Source of the DNA: an archaeon
GTDB lineage: Archaea; Nanobdellota; Nanobdellia; Woesearchaeales; JAADFO01
Direction of reading: 5' to 3'
DNA: 64,000 nt
Assembly (NCBI GenBank): GCA_043817075.1
Contig: JBDRHG010000005.1
Span: forward strand, 3,120 to 67,119
The notes under the pieces are model-generated. The model did no database searches. It saw only the letters and a list, made by a program, of their open reading frames with translations, and was not told where the DNA came from. Each line of letters begins with the position of its first letter. The first letter of the stretch is position 1. Below are positions 39,775 through 50,442 of the stretch, one piece after another. The position numbers and the translations under genes are program-made.

Positions 39775-41700
39775 ATGGCAGAGCTTCAGAGGGTTCTCAA
39801 CTTCCCCTCCATCCTTCTGATCACTATCAACTCGATCATGGGGACGGGAATCTATTTCCTTGTCGCCAATGGCGCCAAGTACGCAGGACCCGCCTCGATC
39901 ATATCGTGGATCGCCTTCTCTGTCGTCGCCATCTACATCTCCGCATGTTTCGGTGAGCTCGCCGGCATGTTCCCAAAAGCAGGCGGCGTGTACGAATACG
40001 CCAAACAGACATACGGACGGTTCTTCTCCTTCATCATCGGATGGCTGGCCTTCATCACCGGTAACGTCACCATCGCGATGCTCATCGTCGGAGCGATCCA
40101 ATACCTGCTCCCTTTCCCGGCAAGCCTCCTCAAGGTCGGCATATGCCTGCTCTTCCTCGTCATCTTCAACTACATGGCTTACCGTGGCATGAAGACCAGC
40201 GCGGCGATGCTCATAGCTTTTGGCGTCATCTCCCTAACCGTCATGATCAGCGTGATCTTCATGGGCGGGCTGAATATCGACCCCGCCAACTTCAGACCGC
40301 TCTTCATCGCCGGGCCGTTCTCGGTGGTCATAGCCATCTTCTTCATCATGGAGACCTTCTTCGGATGGGAGAGCGCTGTCAACCTATCAGAAGAAGTCAA
40401 CAATCCTGAGAAGGTCATGCCTAAAGCCCTTCTGTACGGCACCACCATCATCGCGGTGTTGGCGCTCTCGCTCGCGATCACCGCCATCGGCTCAGTGGGA
40501 TGGAAGACGCTCGCGGGCAGCTCAGCCCCGCTTGTAGACATCGTCACCTCATTCGTCGGCGAAAGAGGCAGACAGTTCATAACGCTCGCGACCTACCTCG
40601 CCATCATCGGATCGGTGGCTGGCTGGGTCGTGTCCGCGCCGCGCCTCATCCTCGCGCTGACCAGGGACAAGCTCTTCCTCTCCCACTTCGAGAAGATCCA
40701 TCCCAAGTACAACACCCCTCATCGCGCCATCATCTTCCAGGCCATCGTGTCTGCCGTTCTCGTCATCATCGGTATGGGATCGTACAACGCGCTACTCACA
40801 CTCCTCGTGCCGATGGCGCTCATGATGTATGCCATCGTGCTCTTCTCCATCGTCATCCAACGCTTCCGCAATCCTGACACACCTCGCCCATTCAAGGTCT
40901 GGTTCGGCAAGGTAGGGCCGCTCTTCGTCGTGGGAATATTCGCATACCTCCTCTATCTCTGGCTGGCCCACGAACCAGGAGCATGGAACATCCTCAACCT
41001 TGGATTCTCCTTCATCGGGCTGGGCATACCGCTCTATTTCCTCATCGAGATCTACTACGACCCCAAGATGATCACTGAGGTCAACGACATCACCGCCTAT
41101 CTATCGCTGCTCATCGAGGACTTCTCGCTTCCGCGGAAGGTGCGCAAGACTATCCTCAACATCCTGGGTGACCTCGATGGCCAGACCGTGCTGGAGTACG
41201 GCTGCTCTGTCGGCACGCTCACACAATTGCTCTCCGAAAAGGTAGGGCCGCAAGGCAAGGTCTATGCCGTCGACCTATCAAAGAACGGGCTCCGCATCAC
41301 CCAGAAGAGAGTTGAGCGTCAGTTATGGGCGTCTGATAAACGGATCCACGGCAGGGTGCTCATTGTCCATGATGAGCTCCAGGCCATACGCGTCCACGAC
41401 TCCATAGAGTACACCGACGCCGTCGTGTCTGTCGGGATGCTCAGCTATATCCAGGACATACAGAAGGTCCTCAGGGAGCTGTATCGCATCCTGCCCAACG
41501 AAGGACGGGTATGTTTTGTCGAGTATGTCGACTTCTTCAAAGTCATCCCGAACGTGGAATGGCTCGGTAACAACGAGAAGATAGAGATGTACTTCCGCGA
41601 GGCAGGATTCTCGGTGCGCGTCATCAGGAAGAAAGGTCTCTTCTGGAACTATGTCTATGTCTACGGCATCAAGTCAGAGCACGACGTGCCCTTCATCTAA
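39775..41700 (+). CDS. APC amino-acid permease fused to a C-terminal class I SAM-methyltransferase-like domain
   Basis: IMGTGIY, AGGVYEY, FFGWE, TPHRAI; then VLEYGCSVG, VYAVDLS, ELYRILPNEG. Confidence 0.88.
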   Translation: MAELQRVLNFPSILLITINSIMGTGIYFLVANGAKYAGPASIISWIAFSVVAIYISACFGELAGMFPKAGGVYEYAKQTYGRFFSFIIGWLAFITGNVTIAMLIVGAIQYLLPFPASLLKVGICLLFLVIFNYMAYRGMKTSAAMLIAFGVISLTVMISVIFMGGLNIDPANFRPLFIAGPFSVVIAIFFIMETFFGWESAVNLSEEVNNPEKVMPKALLYGTTIIAVLALSLAITAIGSVGWKTLAGSSAPLVDIVTSFVGERGRQFITLATYLAIIGSVAGWVVSAPRLILALTRDKLFLSHFEKIHPKYNTPHRAIIFQAIVSAVLVIIGMGSYNALLTLLVPMALMMYAIVLFSIVIQRFRNPDTPRPFKVWFGKVGPLFVVGIFAYLLYLWLAHEPGAWNILNLGFSFIGLGIPLYFLIEIYYDPKMITEVNDITAYLSLLIEDFSLPRKVRKTILNILGDLDGQTVLEYGCSVGTLTQLLSEKVGPQGKVYAVDLSKNGLRITQKRVERQLWASDKRIHGRVLIVHDELQAIRVHDSIEYTDAVVSVGMLSYIQDIQKVLRELYRILPNEGRVCFVEYVDFFKVIPNVEWLGNNEKIEMYFREAGFSVRVIRKKGLFWNYVYVYGIKSEHDVPFI

Positions 41701-41727
41701 AAACCTTCACATTCATTTGAGAAGAGG

Positions 41728-42522
41728 TCAGGTACCGACGCGCATCTTCTTCCCCATGCCATCAAGCAGAGCCTTGGCGCTCTCGATGGCAAGCGCGCTC
41801 GTCTTGGCATTCGCGCTGGGCCGGTTTTCGGTCATCGTGATGATGCGTCCGAATGAGCCCTCGCATACTATCCGATGCGTATTGGCTTTGGCTTTTGGAT
41901 CCGCGACCACACATACCCTCAAGCCGTCGAAACCTGATGCGAAAGCGAGCGTCGCGGCCACATTGACGTTCTTAGGGAATCCTGAGACGGCATCGGCCAA
42001 TCCACCCTCGAAGACGGTCATCGGTTCTGTGATTGATGAGACATCGATACCCATCTTCTTCAGATAAGGCGCGCCATCCAATCCCTTCGGTGGCTTGGTC
42101 GTGGTGAGCGTCAGCGAGTCTATCGTGCCTGCGGCCGCTTTGATCGCATCCAGCCCTGCAATCGCACCCGACGGCAGCAGCACCTCACAATGCTCCATGG
42201 CCCATACCAGTTTGATCGATGGAAGCAATCCGCCGGTGCTCATGATGAGAAGCCGTCTGCCTGGAGTATCTAGCCCAGGTGTGTTGAGCAATGCCTTGAC
42301 AGCCTCAGCGGATGCGGCCTCAACGATGAGATCAGCAGACTCCACGGCTTGGACCAATGTCATCTCCACCGCCTTACCGGTCTCCAGCGTGTCGATCACT
42401 TCTTTCGCTCTTCCGGGAACCTGGTCACAGAGCCCGATCAGGGAGAACGAAGGATGCGACGAGAGGAACTGCGCAAGCTCTCGTCCCATATTGCCCGCGC
42501 CTATGATAGCGGTCCTGATCAT
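41728..42522 (-). CDS. nadX: L-aspartate dehydrogenase
   Basis: GAGNMG, PSGAIAGLD, TTTKPP, FPKNVNVAA, KTSALA. Confidence 0.92.
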   Translation of the reverse strand: MIRTAIIGAGNMGRELAQFLSSHPSFSLIGLCDQVPGRAKEVIDTLETGKAVEMTLVQAVESADLIVEAASAEAVKALLNTPGLDTPGRRLLIMSTGGLLPSIKLVWAMEHCEVLLPSGAIAGLDAIKAAAGTIDSLTLTTTKPPKGLDGAPYLKKMGIDVSSITEPMTVFEGGLADAVSGFPKNVNVAATLAFASGFDGLRVCVVADPKAKANTHRIVCEGSFGRIITMTENRPSANAKTSALAIESAKALLDGMGKKMRVGT

Positions 42523-43460
42523 GGTATGACCTCCAATGAGAAGTCGAAAGCAGGAGCGGAATGTGTGATCGCACCGATGGATAACGCGTCGACACCGGTG
42601 GCAGCGAAGGAAGGGATAGTGTCAAAGGTGATCCCGCCTGACGCCTCGATGAGTATGTGTTTGAGAAGATCCTTCTTCTTGAGCATGCTGATGACACTGT
42701 TGATCGTTTCCGGATCCATGTTGTCGAGCATCATGGCGAAGTGAGTGTCCCCTCGGTGTTCTGCGACCGCCTGTGCGACGGACAAGGCCTCTTCTTCGGT
42801 CTCGACTTCGACCTCTACGTCTGTGGATCCTTCCCGCGCAGCGGCGATCGTCGCTTGCGCAGCTGACAGCCCCGAGACACGGAGATGGTTCTCCTTTATC
42901 AGCACCCCGTCATCCAGACCGAGCCGATGCGAGAGACCTCCACCAAGGACGACGGCACGCTTGTCCAGCGATCCCCAGTGCGTTTTGCGGGTCGCCATGA
43001 TAGGAGTCGTTCCAGCGCTCTTGGCATACCGAGCGGTCTCAGTCGCGATACCGCTCATGCGCTGCAGGAGATTGAGAAGGCTTCGCTCGACCGAGAGGAG
43101 AAGGTCGGGCGGCCCGGTCAGTTCGAGCACCGTTTGCCCATCGGCAAGCGGATCACCGTCCTTCTTCATGACTTCTGCGCTGATGCCCTGGAGAAGAAAG
43201 CCTGCCTCGGCCATGCCGGCCAGCACCCCGTCCTGTCCGGCGATGACTGCGACCTTCCTCGGCAGGCCGAAGAGGCCAAGCGCAGCATTGGTCGCATCGC
43301 CTTTGCCGATATCGGCTCTTAGCAGATAGGAGAGGAAACGTTGCGCGAATGCCCGATACTCCGCATCGTCAAGGGCGAGCCTATCCTCACGGTTCCAGAA
43401 TGCCCTGATACGTCCAGACCTTGTCTGAATCTCAGGTTTGTCAAGTTTGTCGTGAGCCAT
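42519..43460 (-). CDS. nadC: Quinolinate phosphoribosyltransferase
   Basis: ERSLLNLLQRMSGIAT, TRKT, HRLGL, LIKENH, EASGGI. Confidence 0.95.
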   Translation of the reverse strand: MAHDKLDKPEIQTRSGRIRAFWNREDRLALDDAEYRAFAQRFLSYLLRADIGKGDATNAALGLFGLPRKVAVIAGQDGVLAGMAEAGFLLQGISAEVMKKDGDPLADGQTVLELTGPPDLLLSVERSLLNLLQRMSGIATETARYAKSAGTTPIMATRKTHWGSLDKRAVVLGGGLSHRLGLDDGVLIKENHLRVSGLSAAQATIAAAREGSTDVEVEVETEEEALSVAQAVAEHRGDTHFAMMLDNMDPETINSVISMLKKKDLLKHILIEASGGITFDTIPSFAATGVDALSIGAITHSAPAFDFSLEVIP

Positions 43461-43479
43461 CGTTCAATCGCAGAAACGC

Positions 43480-43521
43480 TTATGTCTCATATTTCTTAAA
43501 GGTTATGTCTCATATTTCTTA
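43480..43521. repeat. 19-bp direct repeat (TTATGTCTCATATTTCTTA x2, 4-bp spacer)
   Basis: 43480-43498 and 43503-43521; the second copy includes the nadA stop. Confidence 0.85.
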
Positions 43522-44475
43522 TAGGGCGAGCATGCGGTCGATCGCCTTCCTCGCATACTTGATGATGTGATCGGGAAGGGTGATCTCATGCTTGTTCTGC
43601 ACAAGACTCTGCACGACGAGCGGCAAGGTCGTCGACTTCATGAACGGGCAGACATTGCAGAACGAATGGAAGTTCTTATGCGGGACGTGCTCACGGAGTA
43701 TGTCGGTCATACCGCATTCAGTGACGACGATGAAATCCGAAGCGCTGTTCTCATTGGCGAATTTTGCCATGCCACCGGTACCGCAGATATGATCGGCCTC
43801 CTTGAGCAACGCTTCCGGCGCCTCAGGATGGACGATGATCTTAGCGCCGGGCTTATCTGCAGAAAATCTCATCAGAGTGTCACGGTCGAGCTTGTCGTGG
43901 ACGAAGCAATGCCCGTCCCAGAGGATGATTTCCTTGTCTGTCTTGGATTGCACATAGCGGCCGAGATTCTTGTCTGGAAGAAAGATGACCTGATTCTCCT
44001 CCAAAGAACTGACGACCTCTACCGCATTGGCGGAGGTGCAACAGATGTCGGACATGGCCTTGATCTCAGCGGTGGTATTGACGTAGGCGACCACTGCGGC
44101 ATCAGGATGTTCTTTCTTGATCTCGGCAAGCCTTTCAGGGGTGGCCATGTCAGCCAACGAGCACCCGGCCTCCAGAGTGGGGAGCAGCACGGTCTTATCA
44201 GGAGATAGGATCTTGGCGGTCTCTGCCATGAAAGATACACCGCAGAACAGGATGACGTCGGCATCCGTGGCGGCTGCCTTCTTGGAGAGCGCCAATGAAT
44301 CACCGATATAATCAGCGATGCGGTACATCTCAGGCGATTGATAGTTATGCACAAGGATGACCGCATTACGTTGCTTCTTGAGCTCCAGCACGAGGTCGAT
44401 CATCCGCTGGGTCTCCGGAGGATGCACCACCTGATGCATGCTGATCGCGTCTGTCATGCACAATGTCATGGCCAT
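43519..44475 (-). CDS. nadA: Quinolinate synthase (start uncertain)
   Basis: LVHNYQ, GDSL, FCGVSFMAE, GCSLA, YVNT, CFVH, HPE, CPFMK. Confidence 0.95.
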   Translation of the reverse strand: MAMTLCMTDAISMHQVVHPPETQRMIDLVLELKKQRNAVILVHNYQSPEMYRIADYIGDSLALSKKAAATDADVILFCGVSFMAETAKILSPDKTVLLPTLEAGCSLADMATPERLAEIKKEHPDAAVVAYVNTTAEIKAMSDICCTSANAVEVVSSLEENQVIFLPDKNLGRYVQSKTDKEIILWDGHCFVHDKLDRDTLMRFSADKPGAKIIVHPEAPEALLKEADHICGTGGMAKFANENSASDFIVVTECGMTDILREHVPHKNFHSFCNVCPFMKSTTLPLVVQSLVQNKHEITLPDHIIKYARKAIDRMLAL

Positions 44476-44649
44476 GCGCCTTATTAAAGATGCTGTGCAG
44501 GCAGGAGCTTAAAAAAAGGCTGGAGAGTAGGCAAGAATTGCCGATAACAAGAACCGTTTGCTTTAGATGACAGGCAGAGAACACCAAGATGTATGAAATC
44601 GATGACAGAGCTGCCACAAGTCTTGATATGATAGAAAAGAAAAGATTGT

Positions 44650-45249
44650 CTACCTGCTCGAATCGGTCTGCCGCTCGAACTCCATCTTCTTGCCGATGGC
44701 ATGAGATGTGGTCGACAGGGTATAAGCAGCCATGATCTCATCTGCGAGAGCGGAAATCAAGGATTTCTTGGTATTGAAGGACTTGGAATATGCGCCTTGC
44801 ACCATGAGACGGAGCGTGATGTCGATTCGCCTCTGGGGCGCACATTCGACGGCCTGCGGGTAGCGTGCTCCACCATACTCGATGGAGACGATCTCCTCGC
44901 GGGGAGCGGCGTTCTCGACGGCCTTGACAAAGACCTCGACTGGGTTCTTGCCGGTCTTCTTCTCGATGAGCTTGAATGTGCCTTCCACAGTCTCATAGAC
45001 ATGGGATGACTTGCCGGTGATGTGGCCCGAGCCTCGCCAGTGCTTCTTTCCCTTATGACCAGGGATCATGAGCTTGTTGATCAGACGCTCGACGATGCTT
45101 ATCCTGGACTTGTGGAAACGGTTGCCAGCATAGCGGGCACCGGTCTTGGGCACCATGATAGGTTCAAGAGAGATGTATTTCTGCAGGCCCTGGTCCTCGA
45201 CCACGATGCCGCTTGTATCCCACCGATTAAAGATCTTGATTTCAGCCAT
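44650..45249 (-). CDS. rps7: 30S ribosomal protein S7
   Basis: IVERLINKL, AVENAAPREE, YGG. Confidence 0.95.
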   Translation of the reverse strand: MAEIKIFNRWDTSGIVVEDQGLQKYISLEPIMVPKTGARYAGNRFHKSRISIVERLINKLMIPGHKGKKHWRGSGHITGKSSHVYETVEGTFKLIEKKTGKNPVEVFVKAVENAAPREEIVSIEYGGARYPQAVECAPQRRIDITLRLMVQGAYSKSFNTKKSLISALADEIMAAYTLSTTSHAIGKKMEFERQTDSSR

Positions 45250-45261
45250 AGAGAATCATCC

Positions 45262-45699
45262 TTACTTCCTTGCCTTCTCCCGCTTGCCCTTGAGCAATGC
45301 GTCGAGGCTCTGATCGTTGACCTTGATGACACGCCAGCGCACTCCGGGGATGTCTCCCTTCGCACGGCCCATCTTACCGCCGATGCATTCGATGACAACC
45401 TCATCGTGCTCGTCGATCAGCTTGGTCGCACCGTCGCCAGGGGTAAAAGCCGTGACCTGTTTGCCGTTCTTTGTGAGCTGGACTCGCACACATTTTCGCA
45501 TGGCGGAATTAGGCTGCTTTGCTTCGAGCTGGATCTTCTCGAGCACGATGCCCTTGGCCTGCGAGGAACCTCCCAGGGGATCAGATTTCTGCTTGAGGTT
45601 GAGCTCTCGCTTAGTGTATTTGCTACTGAGCCAAAGAGACTTCTTCCTGCGATTCTGCAGACGTTTCCCTGCGGCCAGACCGCGCGCTTTCTTTGCCAT
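45262..45699 (-). CDS. rps12: 30S ribosomal protein S12
   Basis: [25 protein letters not shown]. Confidence 0.97.
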   Translation of the reverse strand: MAKKARGLAAGKRLQNRRKKSLWLSSKYTKRELNLKQKSDPLGGSSQAKGIVLEKIQLEAKQPNSAMRKCVRVQLTKNGKQVTAFTPGDGATKLIDEHDEVVIECIGGKMGRAKGDIPGVRWRVIKVNDQSLDALLKGKREKARK

Positions 45700-45731
45700 G
45701 ATAATCACGATACGATGTACGACTTTCCGCG

Positions 45732-46151
45732 TCAGACGACCTTGACCGAGCGAATATCAAAGAATCGCTGGACGATGGACTCGGTTTCGCGGAGATTCTG
45801 GAGGTTGCGTCCCATTAATAAACCTTTGGTTTTCATATCAGGCCCCTTGACGACGAGGACACCATCCTGGTTCTCGACGCTGACGATCTGTAACGGAGCC
45901 ACGATATTGCGGAGGAAGTCCTCAGGACTTGATGCACTCTCGATAAGACGGATTTTTTTCTTCAAGAGGTTAGTGAGCCGTCTGATATGGACAGCCCCTT
46001 TGCCGATGGCTTTGCCAATCTGGCCTTCGTGCACGATGAAGATGAGGTCTTTATTCCGATCGACGAGACAGTCTTTGGCCCGTGTTCGGGTCACAGACTC
46101 GAACAGAGACATGTAATTCATCAGGTTGACGTCGTATCGGATGCGTCCCAA
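45732..46151 (-). CDS. nusA: Archaeal NusA-like KH-domain factor
   Basis: GKAIGKG KH motif; operon position. Confidence 0.9.
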   Translation of the reverse strand: MGRIRYDVNLMNYMSLFESVTRTRAKDCLVDRNKDLIFIVHEGQIGKAIGKGAVHIRRLTNLLKKKIRLIESASSPEDFLRNIVAPLQIVSVENQDGVLVVKGPDMKTKGLLMGRNLQNLRETESIVQRFFDIRSVKVV

Positions 46152-46155
46152 CAGC

Positions 46156-46440
46156 TTACCCCTTGAGAATTCCGAGCACCGAGATCGAGAAAGGCTTGCG
46201 ACAGAGGATGCCTATGTCCTCGCCAGACAGATTGAGCGAAGCATGCTCGATGTCGTCCAGCCCGCAGTATCGGTCAAGCCGCTCGATGATCGATGCAGGA
46301 CTGATGGACGCGTAGTACACCTTGCGTAGCTTTCCGCCGCGCAGTCCCTTGATGACGTTCTCGAGTCCTAACACCAATTTGCCGCCCTCGAGCTCCTTCT
46401 TGATCTCCGCTTCCGGAGTCATTTCAGTTCCCTTTGCCAT
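46156..46440 (-). CDS. rpl30e: 50S ribosomal protein L30e
   Basis: GKLVLG, GILCRKPFSISVL; synteny. Confidence 0.88.
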   Translation of the reverse strand: MAKGTEMTPEAEIKKELEGGKLVLGLENVIKGLRGGKLRKVYYASISPASIIERLDRYCGLDDIEHASLNLSGEDIGILCRKPFSISVLGILKG

Positions 46441-46460
46441 GATTGTCACCTATGATTAAT

Positions 46461-47606
46461 TTATTTGACCTTCGTGATAAGTCCAGGGAGACCGGTGCCC
46501 ACGGGCACGGCCTGGTTGAGCATGACATTCTCAATCACCGAATTGAGATGGTCTTTCTCCCCGATGAGAGCGGCCGCGATTATATGCTTGATCGGGGTCT
46601 CGAAAGACGCCCGCGCGAGCACGCTGGATTTTTGGCTCACGATGCCGTAGCGGGTGATGCCCTTGACGAATCCGCTGACACACATGGTATCGGCGACCAG
46701 CATGATATGACGGACGTCGACGTTGAGGCCTTGACTCTCGATGACTTTGAAGACCTCATTTACGATGGCCGTCCTTGCTGCCTCGATACCGAGCACGAGC
46801 GCAATCTCCTTGATGTGGTTCGTCGTCGTCTTCGCGGCATCGACAAACTCGAGCTTGAACAAGTCCTTGAGATTGGATCCGAAAGTGATGATGATGTACT
46901 CGTCATCCCTCTTCACCGGCAGGACCTGGGTGATGCCTTTGACGCCTGTGAGATAGAGGTCTTTGAGCTTGGTCTTTAGCTTGAATAGGGCATTGATGCC
47001 TTCGTCCTTCGTGACCTTGTATTTGATCGTGATCTGATCCTTCTCCCTCTTGACGGTCGCAGACTTGATGGATTTCTCCAACACTTTCGTGACCTGGATG
47101 GGGGTTAGCTCGAGCAAGGTGAGGCGAGCGAGATCAAGGATGATGATGACCGTCTCTTCGGCGACATTGGTCTCGATTGATTTGACGACTTCCTCAAGCT
47201 TGGTATGCTTGATCAGGGAAGCGACCTTCCTGATGTCCTTGCCGTTCTTGTATGGCGCCTTGAGATGGATCTCCATCGACGGCGTCACGATGTTCTCCCG
47301 ACCGTCGAGAATCTCGATGATACGGGGAAGACCGACCGTGATGTTCATCTCAGATACACCTGCGAAATGGAATGTGTTCAATGTCATCTGCGTGCCTGGC
47401 TCGCCGATGGACTCAGCAGAGACGATACCGATGGCCTCACCAGGCTCTACTTGGGTGATCTCCCATTCGTGGACCACCTGATCGAATATCTTCTTGATTT
47501 TCCCTTGAGAAGTGCTTGCAGGGATGCGCTCCATGACCTCGTCGATGAGAGAAGGCGGAAGCACCTTCGCATATTCCTTGATTGAATCATTCGTCATGAT
47601 TGACAC
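46461..47606 (-). CDS. rpoA2: RNA polymerase subunit A''
   Basis: [26 protein letters not shown]. Confidence 0.96.
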   Translation of the reverse strand: MSIMTNDSIKEYAKVLPPSLIDEVMERIPASTSQGKIKKIFDQVVHEWEITQVEPGEAIGIVSAESIGEPGTQMTLNTFHFAGVSEMNITVGLPRIIEILDGRENIVTPSMEIHLKAPYKNGKDIRKVASLIKHTKLEEVVKSIETNVAEETVIIILDLARLTLLELTPIQVTKVLEKSIKSATVKREKDQITIKYKVTKDEGINALFKLKTKLKDLYLTGVKGITQVLPVKRDDEYIIITFGSNLKDLFKLEFVDAAKTTTNHIKEIALVLGIEAARTAIVNEVFKVIESQGLNVDVRHIMLVADTMCVSGFVKGITRYGIVSQKSSVLARASFETPIKHIIAAALIGEKDHLNSVIENVMLNQAVPVGTGLPGLITKVK

Positions 47607-47607
47607 C

Positions 47608-50421
47608 TCAGCTTGAGGACTCGATGATCCGAGTCACGTTGATCTTGCCGCCTTCGCTCTTGGACACGTCCACTCCGTCCTCACCGAATGAGAACTGGAC
47701 GATCTTGCCGGTGGCGTCGCGGACCGTGTGGTCGTACTCGACCTTGAGGTCCTGCATGGCATTGGCCAGGCGCCGGTAAAGATAACCTGACTTCGGCGTA
47801 CGAAGAGCGGTATCCATCAGTGAATCCCTTCCGGTCATGCCCATGAAGAAGAACTCCGATGGATCGAGTCCGTTCTTGAATCCTGCTTTGATGAAGCCTC
47901 TCGCCTTGGGTGAGAGGTCGCCTTTCTTGAAGGCGGAGAGCGTCGTATTGGAGTAGCCCTTATCGATTCGCTTGCCACGCATGGCTTGCTGACCTACGCA
48001 AGCGGCCATCTGCGCCAGGTTGAGCAGATTGCCGCGTGCTCCAGAAACTGCCATGATCATGGTGTGTGAACCTTTGTCCGAGAAATCCGCGACGAGCTTA
48101 CCGGTCTCGTTACGGGCCCTGTTGAGCAGTTCCAGGATACGGAGCTCGAGGGTCTCTGCGATCGATCGCCCAGGAAGCGCTTCGAGATTCCCTTTCTGGT
48201 AGTTATCGATGAGCCCATTGACATCGGCATCAGCCTTGTTCAAGACAAGGTCTATCTTTTCCTGCACCCCGTCGGGGAGGTCGGTATCGGACAACGGCGT
48301 GGACAGACCATGACGTTGGAGAGATTTCGTGCCGAGACGGAAGATGATGCCGAGGATACGGACAGCCTCTTGAGGGCCATACCTCTTGTGGATGGTCCGC
48401 AAAAGCAGTCCCTGTCCTTCGCCGAGGTTGTTCTTGTCCATGTATCCCTTGATGAGCTTACCGCCCTTGATCACGACTGGATCGCCATTGCCTGAAGTGC
48501 CCTCAAAGTCGAAGTCCTTAGGCAGCACGTATGAGAACACATCGCGGCCGTGCACCTTTTCCTTCTTCGGGAAACTGGAAAAGTCCTTGATACCGGCTTC
48601 GAAAAGGAGGGAGACGGCATCGGCTCTTGAGAACTCCATTTCTTTAGTGAGCAGATAGTTGCCTGAAATAGCGTCCTGCACACAGGAGATGATAGAAAGA
48701 CCATAGCGTGGGGAGATGAGCTGGGTGTTGACCTCCATGAGCACCTCTGCCTCGGCACGGGCCTCCTCGGTCTGCGGGATATGCAGATTCATCTCGTCCC
48801 CGTCGAAGTCTGCGTTGTAAGGGGCGCAGACAGCGGGGTTGAGACGGAAGGTCTTGAATGGGAGCACCCTGATCTTATGGCACATCATAGACATACGGTG
48901 CAGCGATGGCTGGCGGTTGAAGAGGGCGACGTCGCCGTCCAACAGATGACGCTCGACGGTGAACCCAGGTTGGAGCTCCTCGAGCACCTGCTCTTTGGTC
49001 TCTTCAGTAATCTTCTTCTTCTTTCCGTCGGGCCTGATGATGTAGTTGGCGCCAGGGTATTTACCCGGGCCACGCTCGATGAAGCCCCGCAAGTATTTCT
49101 CGTTCCATGTGGTGACCTGTTCAGGGACGGTGAGCTTCGACGCGATGCGCTGGGGGACTCCGACCTCATCGATCGCCAGGTTGGGATCTGGACTGATGAC
49201 GGTACGCGCGGAGAAGTTCGTACGTTTTCCCGCGAGGTTGTATCGGATACGTCCTTCCTTGCTCTTGATCCTTTCAGTCAATGTCTTTAGCGGCTGGCCG
49301 GAGCGATGCCTGGCAGGCGGGATCTGGGTGATGGCATTGTCGAAGAATGTGGTGATGTGGTATTGCAGCAGATCCCACAGGTCCTCGATGATGATCTCAG
49401 GGGCACCGGCATTGATGTTCTCGAAGAGACGCTGGTTGATACGGACGATATCGCCGAGCTTATGCGTGAGGTCGTCCTCGCTTCGCTCACCAGACTCCAG
49501 AGTGATGGAAGGCCTCATGGTCACCGGCGGGATGAGGAGCACGGTGAGGATGGCCCATTCAGGCCTTGCGAATTTGGCATTGAGACCTATCGCTTCACTT
49601 TCATCATCTGGGATCTTCTCGAAGCGGGTACGGATGTCGATAGGAGTGATACGCTTCTCATTCTCGACGAAAGTGTAGGGCTTCTCGAGAGAGACCTTAT
49701 ATTGCTTGGCAGAGCAGTGCGGGCACTTGCTCACGGTACGCATCTCGGTGATGACCTTCTTGACCTTGACGCGACGTGTCTCCTGTCCCATTTCGCGTTC
49801 GGTCTGCTGGAAATCCGAGATGGTCTTAGCAATCTTCTGTTTGGGCATGAGCACGTGGCCGCATTCCCTGCAGGTCACCCTCAGGACGTCATAGACGAGA
49901 GCGATAAATTTGATGTGGATGATGGGTCGTGCGAGTTCGATATAGCCGAAATGACCAAGGCAATCCTTGAGTTTCTGGCCGTCGGTGCGGCACACGAGTC
50001 CGGGATCGATGACACCTAGACGGACGTCCATGAGACCACCGTCGACAGGATATCCCTCCTTGTCATAGAGCTCTGGAGTGACGACTTTTGCGACGGACAG
50101 TTTCTTGATGATCTTCGGCGACATCATGCCGAACACGATCTTGTCGATCTTTCGGTACACCGGAGTCTGCGCTTCGAAGGTCTCCGGGACCTTCTCTACG
50201 GCTGCGCTTTCCGTCTCTCCTTCAGGCTTGATCTCGCCTTCCGCAGCACCATCCTCAGCGACAGATTTCTCCTCGGCCTCTGCCCCCTCTGCGGGAGCGG
50301 ATTCCTCGGCCACTACGTCTGCGGATTCAGGGTCGGAAGTGGATTCTGGTGATTGGACGGCTTCGGCCTCCTTCTGCTCTTCTGCTTCAGGGGCAGATGC
50401 TTTGGGTGTCTCCTCGCTCAT
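47608..50421 (-). CDS. rpoA1: RNA polymerase subunit A' with acidic N-terminal extension
   Basis: [11 protein letters not shown] catalytic motif, FNRQPSLH. Confidence 0.97.
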   Translation of the reverse strand: MSEETPKASAPEAEEQKEAEAVQSPESTSDPESADVVAEESAPAEGAEAEEKSVAEDGAAEGEIKPEGETESAAVEKVPETFEAQTPVYRKIDKIVFGMMSPKIIKKLSVAKVVTPELYDKEGYPVDGGLMDVRLGVIDPGLVCRTDGQKLKDCLGHFGYIELARPIIHIKFIALVYDVLRVTCRECGHVLMPKQKIAKTISDFQQTEREMGQETRRVKVKKVITEMRTVSKCPHCSAKQYKVSLEKPYTFVENEKRITPIDIRTRFEKIPDDESEAIGLNAKFARPEWAILTVLLIPPVTMRPSITLESGERSEDDLTHKLGDIVRINQRLFENINAGAPEIIIEDLWDLLQYHITTFFDNAITQIPPARHRSGQPLKTLTERIKSKEGRIRYNLAGKRTNFSARTVISPDPNLAIDEVGVPQRIASKLTVPEQVTTWNEKYLRGFIERGPGKYPGANYIIRPDGKKKKITEETKEQVLEELQPGFTVERHLLDGDVALFNRQPSLHRMSMMCHKIRVLPFKTFRLNPAVCAPYNADFDGDEMNLHIPQTEEARAEAEVLMEVNTQLISPRYGLSIISCVQDAISGNYLLTKEMEFSRADAVSLLFEAGIKDFSSFPKKEKVHGRDVFSYVLPKDFDFEGTSGNGDPVVIKGGKLIKGYMDKNNLGEGQGLLLRTIHKRYGPQEAVRILGIIFRLGTKSLQRHGLSTPLSDTDLPDGVQEKIDLVLNKADADVNGLIDNYQKGNLEALPGRSIAETLELRILELLNRARNETGKLVADFSDKGSHTMIMAVSGARGNLLNLAQMAACVGQQAMRGKRIDKGYSNTTLSAFKKGDLSPKARGFIKAGFKNGLDPSEFFFMGMTGRDSLMDTALRTPKSGYLYRRLANAMQDLKVEYDHTVRDATGKIVQFSFGEDGVDVSKSEGGKINVTRIIESSS

Positions 50422-50442
50422 TTTTTCATCCTCGGGATTGAA

